A stretch of 64,000 bases of DNA from Entomortierella parvispora E1425 (Eukaryota; Fungi; Mortierellomycota), in assembly GCA_020891255.1 (NCBI GenBank), contig BQFW01000001.1:1426001-1490000 (forward strand), written 5' to 3'. Below, piece after piece: positions 1 through 11,941 of the stretch. The notes beneath the pieces are model-generated. The model did no database searches, was not told the DNA's origin, and worked only from the letters and a program-made list of their open reading frames with translations. Every line of letters starts with the position of its first letter. Positions within the stretch are counted from its first letter, which is position 1. Position numbers and translations under genes: made by a program.

Positions 1-168
1 TCCCCTAACCTGGTCCGACAAACCTTTTTCTTGTCCCACTTCAACAGCACCAGCACAGAGTTAGGGCTCGATCCGCTCCCCTTCGTGCCACCAACCAAAC
101 GACAGAAAGGCGACCGGAGAGTCCGTGCCATCCATAGTCTGTCTATCTGTCTAGTCAAATAGCATCCC

Positions 169-3100
169 ATGGATCCCATGGACCCACTCCCCCCGCAGGG
201 CGACGATGAGGTTGCCCCTGTCAACCTGGCGAGTCTGGCTTCTGCAGAGTCCCAGCAACAGGGCCAACATGCCTTTTCTACCAAGCTTGACAGTCTCGTC
301 AATGACCCTGCTCATCCTTATGGTATCACCAGCGAAAAGATTGGAGAACTTCATGAGCCAGTGCATTCTGCTCAACAGCCTCTTCAACAACCTCAGCAAC
401 AAACTCAAGCCCAGTACAAGACTGAAAACGACTCGTTTGCACAGCTCAATGCCCCGCCGGTCGAACGTCAGCAACCGCATCAACAGCAGCAACAAACTCA
501 ACAGCAGGATCCTCAGCAAACGGCGCCTGCATCAGGCAAACTCAAGCTGGCATCACTCGTCGATCGAGTACGACTTGCGCAAAAGCAGGAGCAATCGCCG
601 ACGCAGCCTCTGCCTGAGAACGACCATTTGACCAATGGGGCCCACCACCACCGCCAGCTGGGACTCGGCTTTGTCACATCTCGAGACAGTGATGTAGAGA
701 AAGGTAAGAAGGCCCGATAGAGCGGCATTACCAAGAAGTGAAAAGGCAACAAGTATTGCTCAACTGCTAACCTAACATGCTCTCCTGCATTTCCATCTTT
801 TATACAATCCAATGATCGATCTTCCGCACCTTGAAATCCCATCGACTGAAAATAGACCGCATTGAGGAAGATGGTCGAAATGGCAAGAGGCGCCTGTCAG
901 CCATTGTCCATAACGTAATTGAGACAGAAGGACATCGAAACCGTAATGACCATCCTCAAAGGTCCGGGCCTGCATCCAACTTTCCAAAAATCTTCAGCAA
1001 AGAGGGAGTCCGGAATGCCTTGTTCCTGAACAGTGCGGCCACAGCTTTTACAAGGTCATCGCGATCCAAGAACATGTCCACAGCCGATATGTCAGTTTCG
1101 TACCTGGCTATGTCTGGCTCTGCTATCCCTGCACTATGGATGAGAAGAGATGACAAAGGTCGTCGACCGGTAAGAATTGCTGACATTATACTTGTACTGA
1201 GTGTGTCTTCAGTTTGGCCACTTGACTCTTGGTCTGTTGGCCGCGCATCCTCCAGGTGTTAGCATGGAGTCTGAAAGAGGTAGTGGGCAAAGGGGCAACC
1301 TGCCAGTTGGACAAGCCGCATGAGGAGTGGAGGATTTAGCACTGGACTGGAATAGCGCTAGGACGAAACCGTTGACCGTTGTTTGAGAGCAATTAAGGCT
1401 AACGACATTCCTCTGCCTTGTACCTTGTTTTCTATCTCCACGAATACCGGGCGTTACCAACAACAGCCCCCCGTGTTCTTTCAAATGCTCAAGGTAAATT
1501 GCGAGCACGGCCTCTTTGTTGATTTTTATGTTATTTTTCTTCCCCTCTTTTTTTCTTTCCCCTGACATGGTTTTTGTGTTACCACTTATTAGATCGCCAT
1601 TACAGACTCCGAGATTGATGTAGGCGTGAGCAAGCAGATCATTTTTCGAATTGAACTGCAATATGGAGACGTGAAGTGGGTGATCCGTAGAACTGTCTAC
1701 GAGTTCTACAAGCTGCACTTGATCCTCTCAGCCAGACGCTTCGACAATCTCCCAAAGTTTCCGAGTCAGGTATGGCCTCTTGTTTTGGAGCACACTCATG
1801 GAGAGCAATGTCCAGGGAAGGTGGAGAGCAACGCGTACTAAACGTTGTTCCCATCGAATGCCATCAACTTTTGGTTTTTAGACAGCCTATGCTTTCTCGA
1901 TGGCCAAAGCCACTTTGGGAATGAGAAATGAGGAAAGGGTTAATTTCCTTCGTCAAACCAACCTTGCACGACGACAGGCTCTGCAGTCTTACATGATTGA
2001 AGTCCTTCGGCAATTGAACTGGACCGTCGCCTATGATTTATACGAGTTTTTGGAGATTTCACACTTATCTCTGACCAGGGACATGGGCTGGAAGGGCAAA
2101 GAGGCGTATGTAGAGACCAAAGTCACGGACTTGGAGCACTGCCTTTGTAGCCTGAGTCGATTCTCGCGTTATGATAAGAGCTGGGCTATCTTGCGGGATT
2201 CATACATGGCCTTTATCCCCTCTGTAGGCTCGGATGACCCCACCGATGTGTTCTTGTTTGATCAAAACTTTTATGTCGAACACAAGGAGCATGCCCTGGG
2301 ATTGAACATGCATCATATCCAGCTCGGAGATTTGCACCGCAAGATCGAGATCAAAGGCGAACACAACCGAGAGATGCTGGAATGGATGGACAACTTCACA
2401 AGAATGCAAAAGTCCAGCCCCTGGGTCAAGTCCCATCGGTTCGGAAGTTTTGCGCCAGAGAGGAGCGACGCCAAGGTTCGGTACTACGTTGACGGCAAGG
2501 ATTACTTTCATGCGGTATCGGATGCCATCCTCGCGGCCAAAAGCGAGATTTACATTTGTGATTGGTGGCTCTCACCGGAATTGGTAAGGCAACTGGAAGG
2601 GGTTTGGATGAGGGATGTCTCTAAAATAATGCAGTCGCTCACCTCTAATTTTTTTATAATTCTCATCATAGTACCTAAGACGTCCGCCAGAGAAGAACGA
2701 GGAATTCAGACTGGATCGACTTTTGAAGAAAAAGGCCAAGCAGGGAGTCATGATCTACATTGTCGTGTACAAAGAGGTCTCACTGGCTTTGACCCTGGAT
2801 TCTGCCCATACCAAGATTTGGCTCCAAAAACTCCATCCCAATATCCAAGGTAAGCGGGCTTCTGGTGGACCGTATTAGACTTCACTTATGCCATTTTGTG
2901 GATCCACAAAAACTAATCATAGACGTGCTCTGTATCGATTCCCAGTCCAGCGACACCCTGATCATCTCAAAGTGAACGGTACCCAGTTCTGGGCTCATCA
3001 TGAGGTACGGCAGATACTATACCAGTTTCCAGGATGGAGACTAAAGGGTTACGCCATATCTCACCCTCTAATCTGCTTTCCCGCTTTTGGCGTCATTAGA

Positions 3101-6100
3101 AGATTTGCGTAGTTGACTGTCGACTGGCTTTCATTGGAGGTCTTGATATGTGCTTTGGTCGGTACGATAGCCGAACGCATCAATTGGCTGACTATCATCC
3201 TTCAGGAAATGGCACAATCTGGCCCGGTCAGGACTACTCCAATCCTCGCATCAAGGATTTCGTGAATGGTAACAATATCAGAGCTCTGGCACAGGCGGAT
3301 CAAAAAAGTAGATCCAAATGCTGACTTTCCGCCCTTACTCAAACTTTAGTCAAGGATTACAACAACGATCTCATTGAGAAGAAGTTATTGGCTCGTATGC
3401 CCTGGCATGACGTCTCTATTGGTGTGGCTGGTCAACCAGCTCGCGATATTGCTCGCCATTTCGTTCAACGCTGGAATTTCGTGAAGCGCGAAAAGGGCAT
3501 GAAGAAGACCAGCATGAAGTTCCTGACCCCCAAAGGCGAGTTTGTCAGTACACGCAATGAGACAGGGTGGACCGGCACGCAGAAAGTTCAGATCTTGCGA
3601 AGCAGCACCCTTTGGTCTCAAGGCGTTGAAATGGAGCGATCGATCCAAGACGCATATCTGTCCAGCATCACCAATGCACAACATTTCATCTACATCGAAA
3701 ACCAATTCTTTGGTAATTCAACGTTTTTTTTTTTTTTTTTTTTTTGCGAAATGGACGGCTAATTTGATCTTTTTGTTGTCGATCCTAGTCACCCTGGCGA
3801 CTGAGAATGGAAATCCAGATATAAAGAACAAGATTGGAATCGCCCTCGTGGACAGAATCTTGCGCGCTCATCAGGAAGGCCAAAAGTTCCGAGTCATTGT
3901 CGTGATGCCGTTGATGCCCGCCTTTGAAGCCGACATTATGTCCAGTGAGGCGGGTACGCTCCGAAAGGTGATGCATTTCCAGTATGTCTCCATCTGTCGT
4001 GGAGGCAACTCTGTGCTCGAAAGATTGGTCGCCAATGGCATCGATCCCGATCAATACATTGGGTTCTTTGGTCTCCGCAGCTTTGATAGAATCAAGCATG
4101 GAAAGTTTGATGCGATCGTTGAAGCTGTCAAGGAAGAGGAGAGACGGAACGCCAACAAGCGCAGCGGTAGCAGGAGCAACGGCAACAACACTAGCACCAA
4201 CAACAACGGTGCCATTGACACAGAGCGGGATCAGTCGGGAGTACCCGCGAAGGGCACCGATACCAATACTACACCTGTTACTCAACATCCTGGAGGAGAC
4301 GATGTTTCCCAAGGACGGTCGTTGGCTTCCAAGTTTTTGTTGGATCCTATTCCAAAGGATGAGGAGGCTGCAAGGATCAAGGAGATTGCAGACCAGCGCC
4401 GACAAGCGGATATGCTTCGAACATGGGATGAGAGTATTACGAAAAAGGCCATGAACCCTGCCATGAGAGAGCATGGCTACGTCCCTGCAGCCACAGAGCA
4501 TTCTCTTGCAGAGAGGGAACTGAATGAAGAAATCCAGCGCGACACAATCGAGACTGAGATTGAATCTGGTCACAATCAAGGACACCATGGAGGCGACTCG
4601 CCCAAACTTCTGGAGGAATTTGGAACGATGGTTAGGAACGCGATTGAAATGGTCAAAGGCACAAAGGACAACGGCGATCTCGAACCCATGCACCACAAAG
4701 TCACTCGCAACCCCCACGTTCAGCGACTGCGTCACCGCCACCGCGACAGTGACGATGACTCTGTGCAGAGCGAACCCAAGTCTGATAATAGGGGCGTCAT
4801 AGGAGGCGGGGGTGGTCTGCTGGGCGGAGGTTTTACCACTCGTCGAAGTAGCGTGGAGGAGGAAAGACGATCTATTAAGGAGGATACTGAAGCGATCATT
4901 GAGCCCAAACCAGGCGGTAATTTAGAAGAGAGGAGAGGTAGCAGAGATGATTCTGGATCTGCAGACCCCTCCAAGTTCCCGAATGAGGGTCCTGTTCAAC
5001 CCGTGGAGATTGAGAGACCGATTGTGGATGATGAGGTGGATGACTTTGTAACGGAACAGCTCTACATTCACAGCAAGCTCATGATTGTCGACGATCGTAT
5101 CATCATCTGTGGTTCAGGTATGAGCTCTTCGCCGAAATGGTAGCATCCACAATGGATCGTACTCTAACCTTTTTTGTTGTTGTTGTTGTTGTTGTTGTTG
5201 TAGCCAACATTAATGATCGTTCCCAGGTCGGTTTCCGTGATTCTGAAATTGCCATCCTGATTGAGGACACTGAAATTGTCGAAACCCGCATGAATGGGCA
5301 ACCTTACCAGGCTGGCAAACTGGCGTACACTCTTCGCGCCGACTTGTTTAAGGAACATTTGGGCTTACTTCCTCATGTTGAGCATGATGTTGTTACCAAG
5401 GCCAGCGTTCTTCCGGTGGACCTGGATGCGCCTCATCTGGACCCTGAGATTGCTCGGCAAGAGTTGATACAAAAGTCGCTCCTTCAGCAGCAACAACAGA
5501 TGCTGAATGGTGTACAGTCCACTGGAAACTCTCAATTGGGTCTTGGTGGTGACCTGACCCGTCGTAACCCCGAGGAACCCCAGAAAGCGAGCATCGGTGG
5601 TGGCAACTGCCATGGTCACGTTGAAGTATACCAACCAGCTGAAGAAGAAACACAAGCGTACCAGCAATGGCAGCAATCCGCAGCCCGTTCCTCTGCATCT
5701 TCGATTACCCAAGTCGGAACGGAAACGCCTTCTCAATCGCATGCTCATCATCTTCTCCATCATCACGAAGCCAAGAAGGCGACGGCAGAGGACCCTAGCC
5801 GAGCAGACGAAATCGTGATGGATCCACTGCATGATGATTTTTACGAGGGTTGGTGGAAACGTGTCGCAGCCACAAACACAGAGATTTTCCGAGAGGTGTT
5901 CCGATGCGTGCCTGATAACTCTGTCCAGACATGGGATGAATACCGGGCGTTTGTACCCAACCCCAAGAAGGTGCTCACGGGCCATGTGGCGATGCAAGTA
6001 CGGACACAGGAAGTGGGACCCAATGGAGAGGTGGTGACAGGAGAGAGTCAACCTGCGACGGTTGAGATGGTCACAGAGAGATTGCAAAAGGTCACGGGTC

Positions 6101-6195
6101 ATCTGGTCGAGTTCCCAACCAGGTTCCTGATGAAGGAGAATCTCTTGGGTAGTGCTGTCCAGGATGCCGTGATGCCCATGGAAATTTTCACGTAG
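169..6195 (+). CDS. SPO14: Phospholipase D1 (PX-PH-HKD-HKD), multi-exon
   Basis: Exons read by GT-AG and phase: ~169-703, 856-1169, 27-nt micro-exon 1467-1493 (PPVFFQMLK), 1593-1769, 1882-2583, further short exons to ~3712, ~3791-5117, ~5203-6195. PX-like IFRIELQYGDVKWVIRR. PLD motifs YYVDGKDYF, YICDWWLSPE, HKD1 HHE|KICVVD, RMPWHD, YIENQFF and HKD2 HSKLMIVDD...GS|ANINDRS; ends MEIFT*. Confidence 0.95.
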
Positions 6196-6339
6196 TTTTT
6201 GTGGTATCCTTTCGTTCTTCTTTTCGTTTATTTGAAATTAAAACCTGCTTTGGTTTGGGAGGTGAAATCAAAAAATTGTCGAGATGATCCTTCACGTCTG
6301 CATAGCACTGTAGCTCTCCGCCTTGATGATGATTAACCC

Positions 6340-8286
6340 TTACGCTAATGGCTTGCGGGCGACAAAGAAGAACATTGGCGTGTAGATGCCGAGCTTGCCA
6401 CTCTCTGCGAGCGAAGTGGCTCCGACGTCCAGGAACTTGGCGACCTGAGTGCTTCCAGCGGCCAGGATGCCGACCTTCTCGAGCGCGGCGCAGAAGGTGT
6501 TGGTCATGATGCGACCATAAGTGGAAGAGCGGAAGATGGTGAAGTAGTCATAGGGCGTTCTGGCGTAACGGAGCTCTCCGGAAAGGGGATAGTACCAGGG
6601 GATGGGATCATCATTGACCGCGCGGTCCTCGTACTCCTCGATCTCGAAACCAGCCGAGGTCAAGGCATCGAGGGTCTCTTGAACGGTAACCAGGTTGACA
6701 AGACTGCATCCGAGTTTGATACCCTTGGCAATGCGCTGGTGCTCCGGGTTGGCGGGTTCGTACTTGTCGGTCAAGACCCACTCGTAACAGGCAAAGACGC
6801 CACCGGGCTTGAGGACGCGGTACGCTTCCGCATAGACACCCTTCAAGGAGGACGCGTGAGGGGTGGCCTCGATCGCGTAGCAAGCATCAAAAGTGTTGTT
6901 CTCCAGAGGCATTTTCATGAAGTCACCCTTGACGAATTCCTGTTTGTTCTGAAGACCATGCACCACGGCATACCGGCGAGCTCGGCTGATCTGGTAATCG
7001 TTGATGTTGATACCGGTGATGTGCGCGCCTGTAAAGTGGGCAATCTCACGGGCGGGTCCGCCGACACCGCATCCAATGTCGAGCACACGCTGGTTGGCAG
7101 TAATGCCGGCGCGCGCCGCAAGGTAGTGCTCGTAGCGCGCCATGGCTTGAGGCACGGGTTCACCATGGTGGAAGCGACAGAAGTGCCATGAAGTTCCCCA
7201 GGCGTACTAGGAACATTGACAAAAAGAAAAAGTCAGTCATCATTCGCTCTTTTGTTTGAAACCCTGGATCCGCACCCACATTTTGACGCAATTGGCGTCC
7301 AGCTGCCACAGACACACAGAAAAGAAAAAAATTAAGAGCACTAGCTCATTTTCTGCGAACACAAGAAGCATGAGTTTGAAAAAAAAAGAGAAAAATGACG
7401 ATCCCCCTCTCTCCATGCTGCGCTAACAAAAATTCATTGAGAAACCCTCTTGGTTCGCACGGACCCCTTGTTTCCGTGACAATTTGACCCATCACCAGAT
7501 CATGAGTAGCCAATCAAGTCAAACACAACCGTTATGGCGTTCTGACATATCCAAGACAGGGAGAAGAATTCAACCGGGGAACCGTGCCAGCAACCACACC
7601 CAAACGCCATCCACTCCACCATGGCGATAAGGGAGGGGGCCGTGGACGGGTTTTCGTTTTGTCGCCGTTCATCCGGAAGAACACAACCTAGACGCTTCCT
7701 TTTTCCCTCCCTTTTTCAGTCTTCGGCTTTGCGTTTTGCCAGAACCAATGTCTTGCAGCGCAGCGAAGACAGACTTTTCCGCCAAGGTGTCTGATTTCTG
7801 TCAAACTCGATCCTCCTCAATCTCTTTTCATCGCCAAGTCTCGCGCGATACGTGTTATTGATCTCCTCAAGAGTCCCAATCCTTCTGTCCATCCCCCCCC
7901 CCCCTCCCATGAGGCTCCAGAAATCAAAACCAAAAAATAAAAACCAAAAAGTAAATTTTTTTTCTCACACTGCAAAACACTCATACCTCATAGAAATCCG
8001 TCGAGAGCTCAAAGTAAAGGTTGGTGATGTCGGTACCCTTACGCACGACATCCTTGTCCGACTCTTGATCGGGGCTGGTGTTGTTTTGCCAATTGACCAT
8101 GTACTGGTTCACGACCTCGGGCAGGAACTCGCGGTTCTTGGATTTCAGTTTTGACAGGAAGGAGTCTTGGTGCTGCTTTTCTTCCCACGTCTTGCCGTGC
8201 AACAGCTTGGATCGCTCCAGGTCTTGAGCATGGACGGGTTGCGCCGTCGCCGTGGCGGTACTGCTGCCTTTGGTGGGTGGAGACAT
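6340..8286 (-). CDS. ERG6: Sterol 24-C-methyltransferase, 2 exons (8286-7987, 7206-6340)
   Basis: Splice joins ...LSTDFYE|YAWGTSWHFCR; SAM-binding VLDIGCGVGGPAREIA; YAIEAT; VLKPGG; C-terminal YTPMFFFVARKP. 780-nt GT-AG intron 7207-7986. Confidence 0.95.
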
Positions 8287-8742
8287 TTTGTTGAGGCAAA
8301 CGCGTTCAGAGAGAGGGGTGAGAGGGTTGGGTGGGGGTCAAAAAGGTGAAAGGCGTGTGAACTCGGAAAGGTGTAAACGAAAGAAGGGGGGAAAAGGAGG
8401 CATGGGCCAAAAAAGCCTCGTTATGTTTTTCTGTTTGCACGATTTTTTGCGTCACATGATCTCCATGGCATTCAACGCCAGAAGAAAAAAAAAGAAGGGC
8501 CAAGCGTTCTCTCTCAACGCCCATTGACTCGATCATATCGACTTAGTCATACTCTACGAGGGCAATCATTTGTATGATAAGACGATCGGAAGCATGAGAA
8601 AGCAGGAAAGGATGATGGACTGAGTAGACAGGAGATCGTTTTCGATTCTGGTTTTCACAAGGGGGCAGTGATTTCTTTATTTCAGTGGCTCTTGTAGATT
8701 CGCATCGTCTCTCTCGTGGATAGAACTAGAGACGGCCGCAAG

Positions 8743-9519
8743 TTAAAGGGCCAGCATTTGTTCTGCAGCTTGTTTAAACGAGTTCATCGCGATTCTGAAC
8801 AATCCAGGACCGACCGAGATACGCGCCACACCCAATTCACGCAATTCGGGCACGGCCAAGAACCCCTCAGCCAATCGCATCATGACATTCAAGCGTCCAT
8901 CCAACCCAGCCACCAATTGCTTGACCTCCTCGCGCGAAACGCCTCGTCCTTTGGGTCCGCCCCACACAAACACCGTGTTAGCGCCAGCCTCCAGGAATGC
9001 CTTCCCACGCTCAATCGCGTCTGCGATCGTTCCGCCATGTCCCAGGACATCTGTGCGTGCATTGACTGAAAACTCGGGAAGACCAGCCGCCTTTGCCGTC
9101 TCGACTGCGAGATTAACGCGGGACACAGCTTCGTCAAACGAGCGCAGCTTCCGTTCTTTGCTATCGAAATCCTCCAGGTTGCAACCGACGACACCTAGAG
9201 CAATGACTCTTCTGATCGTGTCCTCTAGATCATCATAGCCGTCCTGCAAGTCCGCCGTGAGTGGGACGCCCCTGGGAACCACTACCTTGGCAATCTTGCT
9301 GATAGCGGCCAAGTTCTGTTCCTTGGTCAAGTCGTCGTCATGAACGCCCTCCGCGGCAGCAATGGCGTACGACGCTGTGGCGACTGCCTTGATGGTGGGC
9401 AAAGAGGAGGCGACGTCTGCAGTAGCGGCGTCGTAGACGTTGGTCACCACGAGAGGGTTGCCAGGCTGGTGAAGGGCGCGGAAGGCAGCTGCAGTGACGG
9501 TTTGAGTTGTGGGCGACAT
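8743..9519 (-). CDS. Isocitrate lyase/PEP mutase superfamily protein, copy 1 (intronless; likely start MSPTTQ at 9519)
   Basis: FRALHQPGNPLVVTNVYDAATA, TADLQDGY, GCNLED, VNARTD, AIERGKAFLEAGA, ARISVGP: typical of the ICL/PEPM (beta/alpha)8 family. Confidence 0.88.
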   Translation of the reverse strand: MSPTTQTVTAAAFRALHQPGNPLVVTNVYDAATADVASSLPTIKAVATASYAIAAAEGVHDDDLTKEQNLAAISKIAKVVVPRGVPLTADLQDGYDDLEDTIRRVIALGVVGCNLEDFDSKERKLRSFDEAVSRVNLAVETAKAAGLPEFSVNARTDVLGHGGTIADAIERGKAFLEAGANTVFVWGGPKGRGVSREEVKQLVAGLDGRLNVMMRLAEGFLAVPELRELGVARISVGPGLFRIAMNSFKQAAEQMLAL

Positions 9520-10284
9520 AGGGTTCCAATTGTGCTGGCTGTTGGTTCTTGCGGATATACTTGAGTGATGTGGATGAAGGACTGGTGGAGTGAATGGGGG
9601 AAACGAGAGATCCACACTCGTATTTATGGCCCTAGGTGTCCGTGGGTGCCTTTTGCTGGGGCGCCTTTTGCTGACAAAGTGGGATTGCGGAGAAACGTGG
9701 CGGCGCTTCCACACCCCCACGATACTGGTCTCCACTCTCCAGGACCCCTCCGAACTTTGTCGGTGGGGTGCTGCTGACATGGTGGTTCCTTTGTCCATGA
9801 AAGTGCGGCGCGCTTGATCGGCTTTCCTTGTTTACTCAAAGCAGGGTCTCGGTCAAACGAGCGCAGCGCATGCTGAATGTGGAGAGGCGTGCGATCCTTT
9901 TTCCTTTTTTTGCCACCAACCGTCCTTTTTTTTACTTGCCGCCCAGTCCTCCCTCTTGCACTGCTGCTGCTGTTGCACAAAACTAAGTGGGTGAGGCGCT
10001 ATTAGACCTTCAGACAGCGCTTGCTCTCTCAACGACGGCATGGGCCGAGCTTGTTACTATTGTTCACTTGCCAGACATAGATTGATCCGTCATCCATACC
10101 AGACAGGTGAGATGTCCAGGAAAGTCCGAGAGCTGTGCTAATATTGATGCAGAGGGTGACTGATCATCCCCGAGCTGCTCTATCTTGAAGATCACTCATG
10201 GTCGATCTCTTTATTCCAATGAGTTTTGTGGATCTGCATCTTGTCAATACTCAATACTTCAATAATGCTGGACAAGGTGACAAA

Positions 10285-11061
10285 TCAAGCAGCCAGTATC
10301 TGTTCTGCAGCTTGTTTAAACGAGTTCATCGCAACTGTGAACAGACCAGGACCAACCGAGATGCGCGCCACACCCAACTCACGCAGGTCAGGAACGGTCA
10401 GGAAACCTTCCCCCAATCCCATCTTGACATTCAAACGTCCATCCAACCCAGCCACCAATTGCTTGACCTCCTCTCGCGACACGCCTCGGCCTTTGGGTCC
10501 GCCCCACACAAACACCGTGTTGGCCCCAGCCTCCAAGAACGCCTTCCCACGCTCAATCGCGTCTGCGATCGTGCCGCCATTCCCCAGGACATCTGTGCGT
10601 GCATTGACTGAAAACTCGGGAAGACCAGCCGCCTTTGCCGTCTCGACTGCGAGATTAACGCGGGACACAGCTTCGTCAAACGAGCGCAGCTTCCGTTCTT
10701 TGCTATCGAAATCCTCCAGGTTGCAACCGACGACACCTAGAGCAATGACTCTTCTGATCGTGTCCGCCAGATCTTCATAGCCATCCTGCAAGTCTGCTGT
10801 GAGTGGGACGCCCCTGGGAACCACCACCTTGGCAATCTTACTGATTGCGGCCAAGTTCTGTTCCTTGGTCAAGTCGTCGTCATGAACGCCCTCCGCGGCG
10901 GCAATGGCGTACGACGCTGTGGCGACTGCCTTGATGGTTGGCAAGGAGGAGGCAATGTCTGCGGTGGCGGCGTCGTAAACATTGGTCACCACGAGAGGGT
11001 TGCCAGGCCGGTGAAGGGCGCGGAAGGCGGCAGCTGTGAATTTCTGATTAGTGGACGACAT
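10285..11061 (-). CDS. Isocitrate lyase/PEP mutase superfamily protein, copy 2 (258 aa)
   Basis: Close paralogue of 8743-9519 with the same motifs; the 5' flank is also similar (11155-11200 vs 9565-9610). Confidence 0.88.
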   Translation of the reverse strand: MSSTNQKFTAAAFRALHRPGNPLVVTNVYDAATADIASSLPTIKAVATASYAIAAAEGVHDDDLTKEQNLAAISKIAKVVVPRGVPLTADLQDGYEDLADTIRRVIALGVVGCNLEDFDSKERKLRSFDEAVSRVNLAVETAKAAGLPEFSVNARTDVLGNGGTIADAIERGKAFLEAGANTVFVWGGPKGRGVSREEVKQLVAGLDGRLNVKMGLGEGFLTVPDLRELGVARISVGPGLFTVAMNSFKQAAEQILAA

Positions 11062-11825
11062 GATTTCTGTCTAAGTGGGTATGGGAGGTTTTTATTGTGT
11101 TGTTGACTGTTGAGTGCGGTTACCGTCAAGGTGGAAGTTGAATCAGGTTCTTGCTGATGTGCATGAAGGACCAGTGGAGTGAATGGGGAAAGGCGGGACC
11201 TTCATTTGACATTGTTCGATGGCTGAGTGTGTGGCGGAGCAAATCCGCAAGAACCTGCATAGATCATGTGATGCGAAAAAGTGGGCAGATTTGTGGTCGT
11301 CTGTTGAGTCGGCATTCAGCGCTCATCCTGGTATGGTATCCCTGCAACCCGCATCCGGACCCACCTGTAATACAATGTATCCCAGCCTGCGCACCATTGT
11401 TCCCCGGCCAATGCTCTGTGGCTGTCCTTTCTTACCCATCATTTTTCCCTTCCTCTTTATTGAAGTTTATTATTCAGCTTGATACTGGTCGCTCGGCCCC
11501 GAAAGCCCAACTTTTTTTTCAAATTCAGCACCCTACTCCCACCTTTCGTTTTGATGAACATGAACGCCCAATTCGATGCGGGATGATGTGATGGGTTGAA
11601 GGCAGAGAAACTACTTATTATTATTCCCAGGGCTGCCTCTTGTTCGCCGCGCGCCTTTTGCCAAGAAGAAAGATGTAGCCTGTTGCTGTCTTCACTACTC
11701 AAAAATCCTCCGCAATGGCCTTTCTGCGAGCAATGTAGACATGTCGCCTTATTAATAGTGTCGCCGCCTGCACAACTCGGTTGCACCATCATAGAATCGC
11801 CAGGTAGCAATTGCCATTTTTCAGG

Positions 11826-11833
11826 TATAAAAA
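11826..11833 (+). promoter_or_regulatory. TATA box of the S41 peptidase gene
   Basis: TATAAAAA about 110 nt upstream of ATG 11942. Confidence 0.55.
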
Positions 11834-11941
11834 GGGATCTTCTGCCCGACATCTCTGGACGTCAACACAACAAACAAACACAAAAACACACATAGCAACA
11901 ATAACAATCCTCTGCACCAGTCCATTTCAGCTCATCTACGA

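Noticed and set aside
3542-3790. N-terminal extension of ORF 3542-5143 as a separate gene start
   Set aside because: It is an off-frame read of a PLD exon plus a poly-T intron; the true frame joins ENQFF to VTLATENG.
7207-7986. Intronic C/D snoRNA in ERG6
   Set aside because: A minus-strand ATGATGA (~7237) lies only a few bases from CTGA; no properly spaced C/D pair was found.
8743-11061. Phosphonate biosynthetic cluster (pepM)
   Set aside because: The EDKx5NS PEP-mutase motif is absent and there are no Ppd, aminotransferase or cytidylyltransferase genes nearby.
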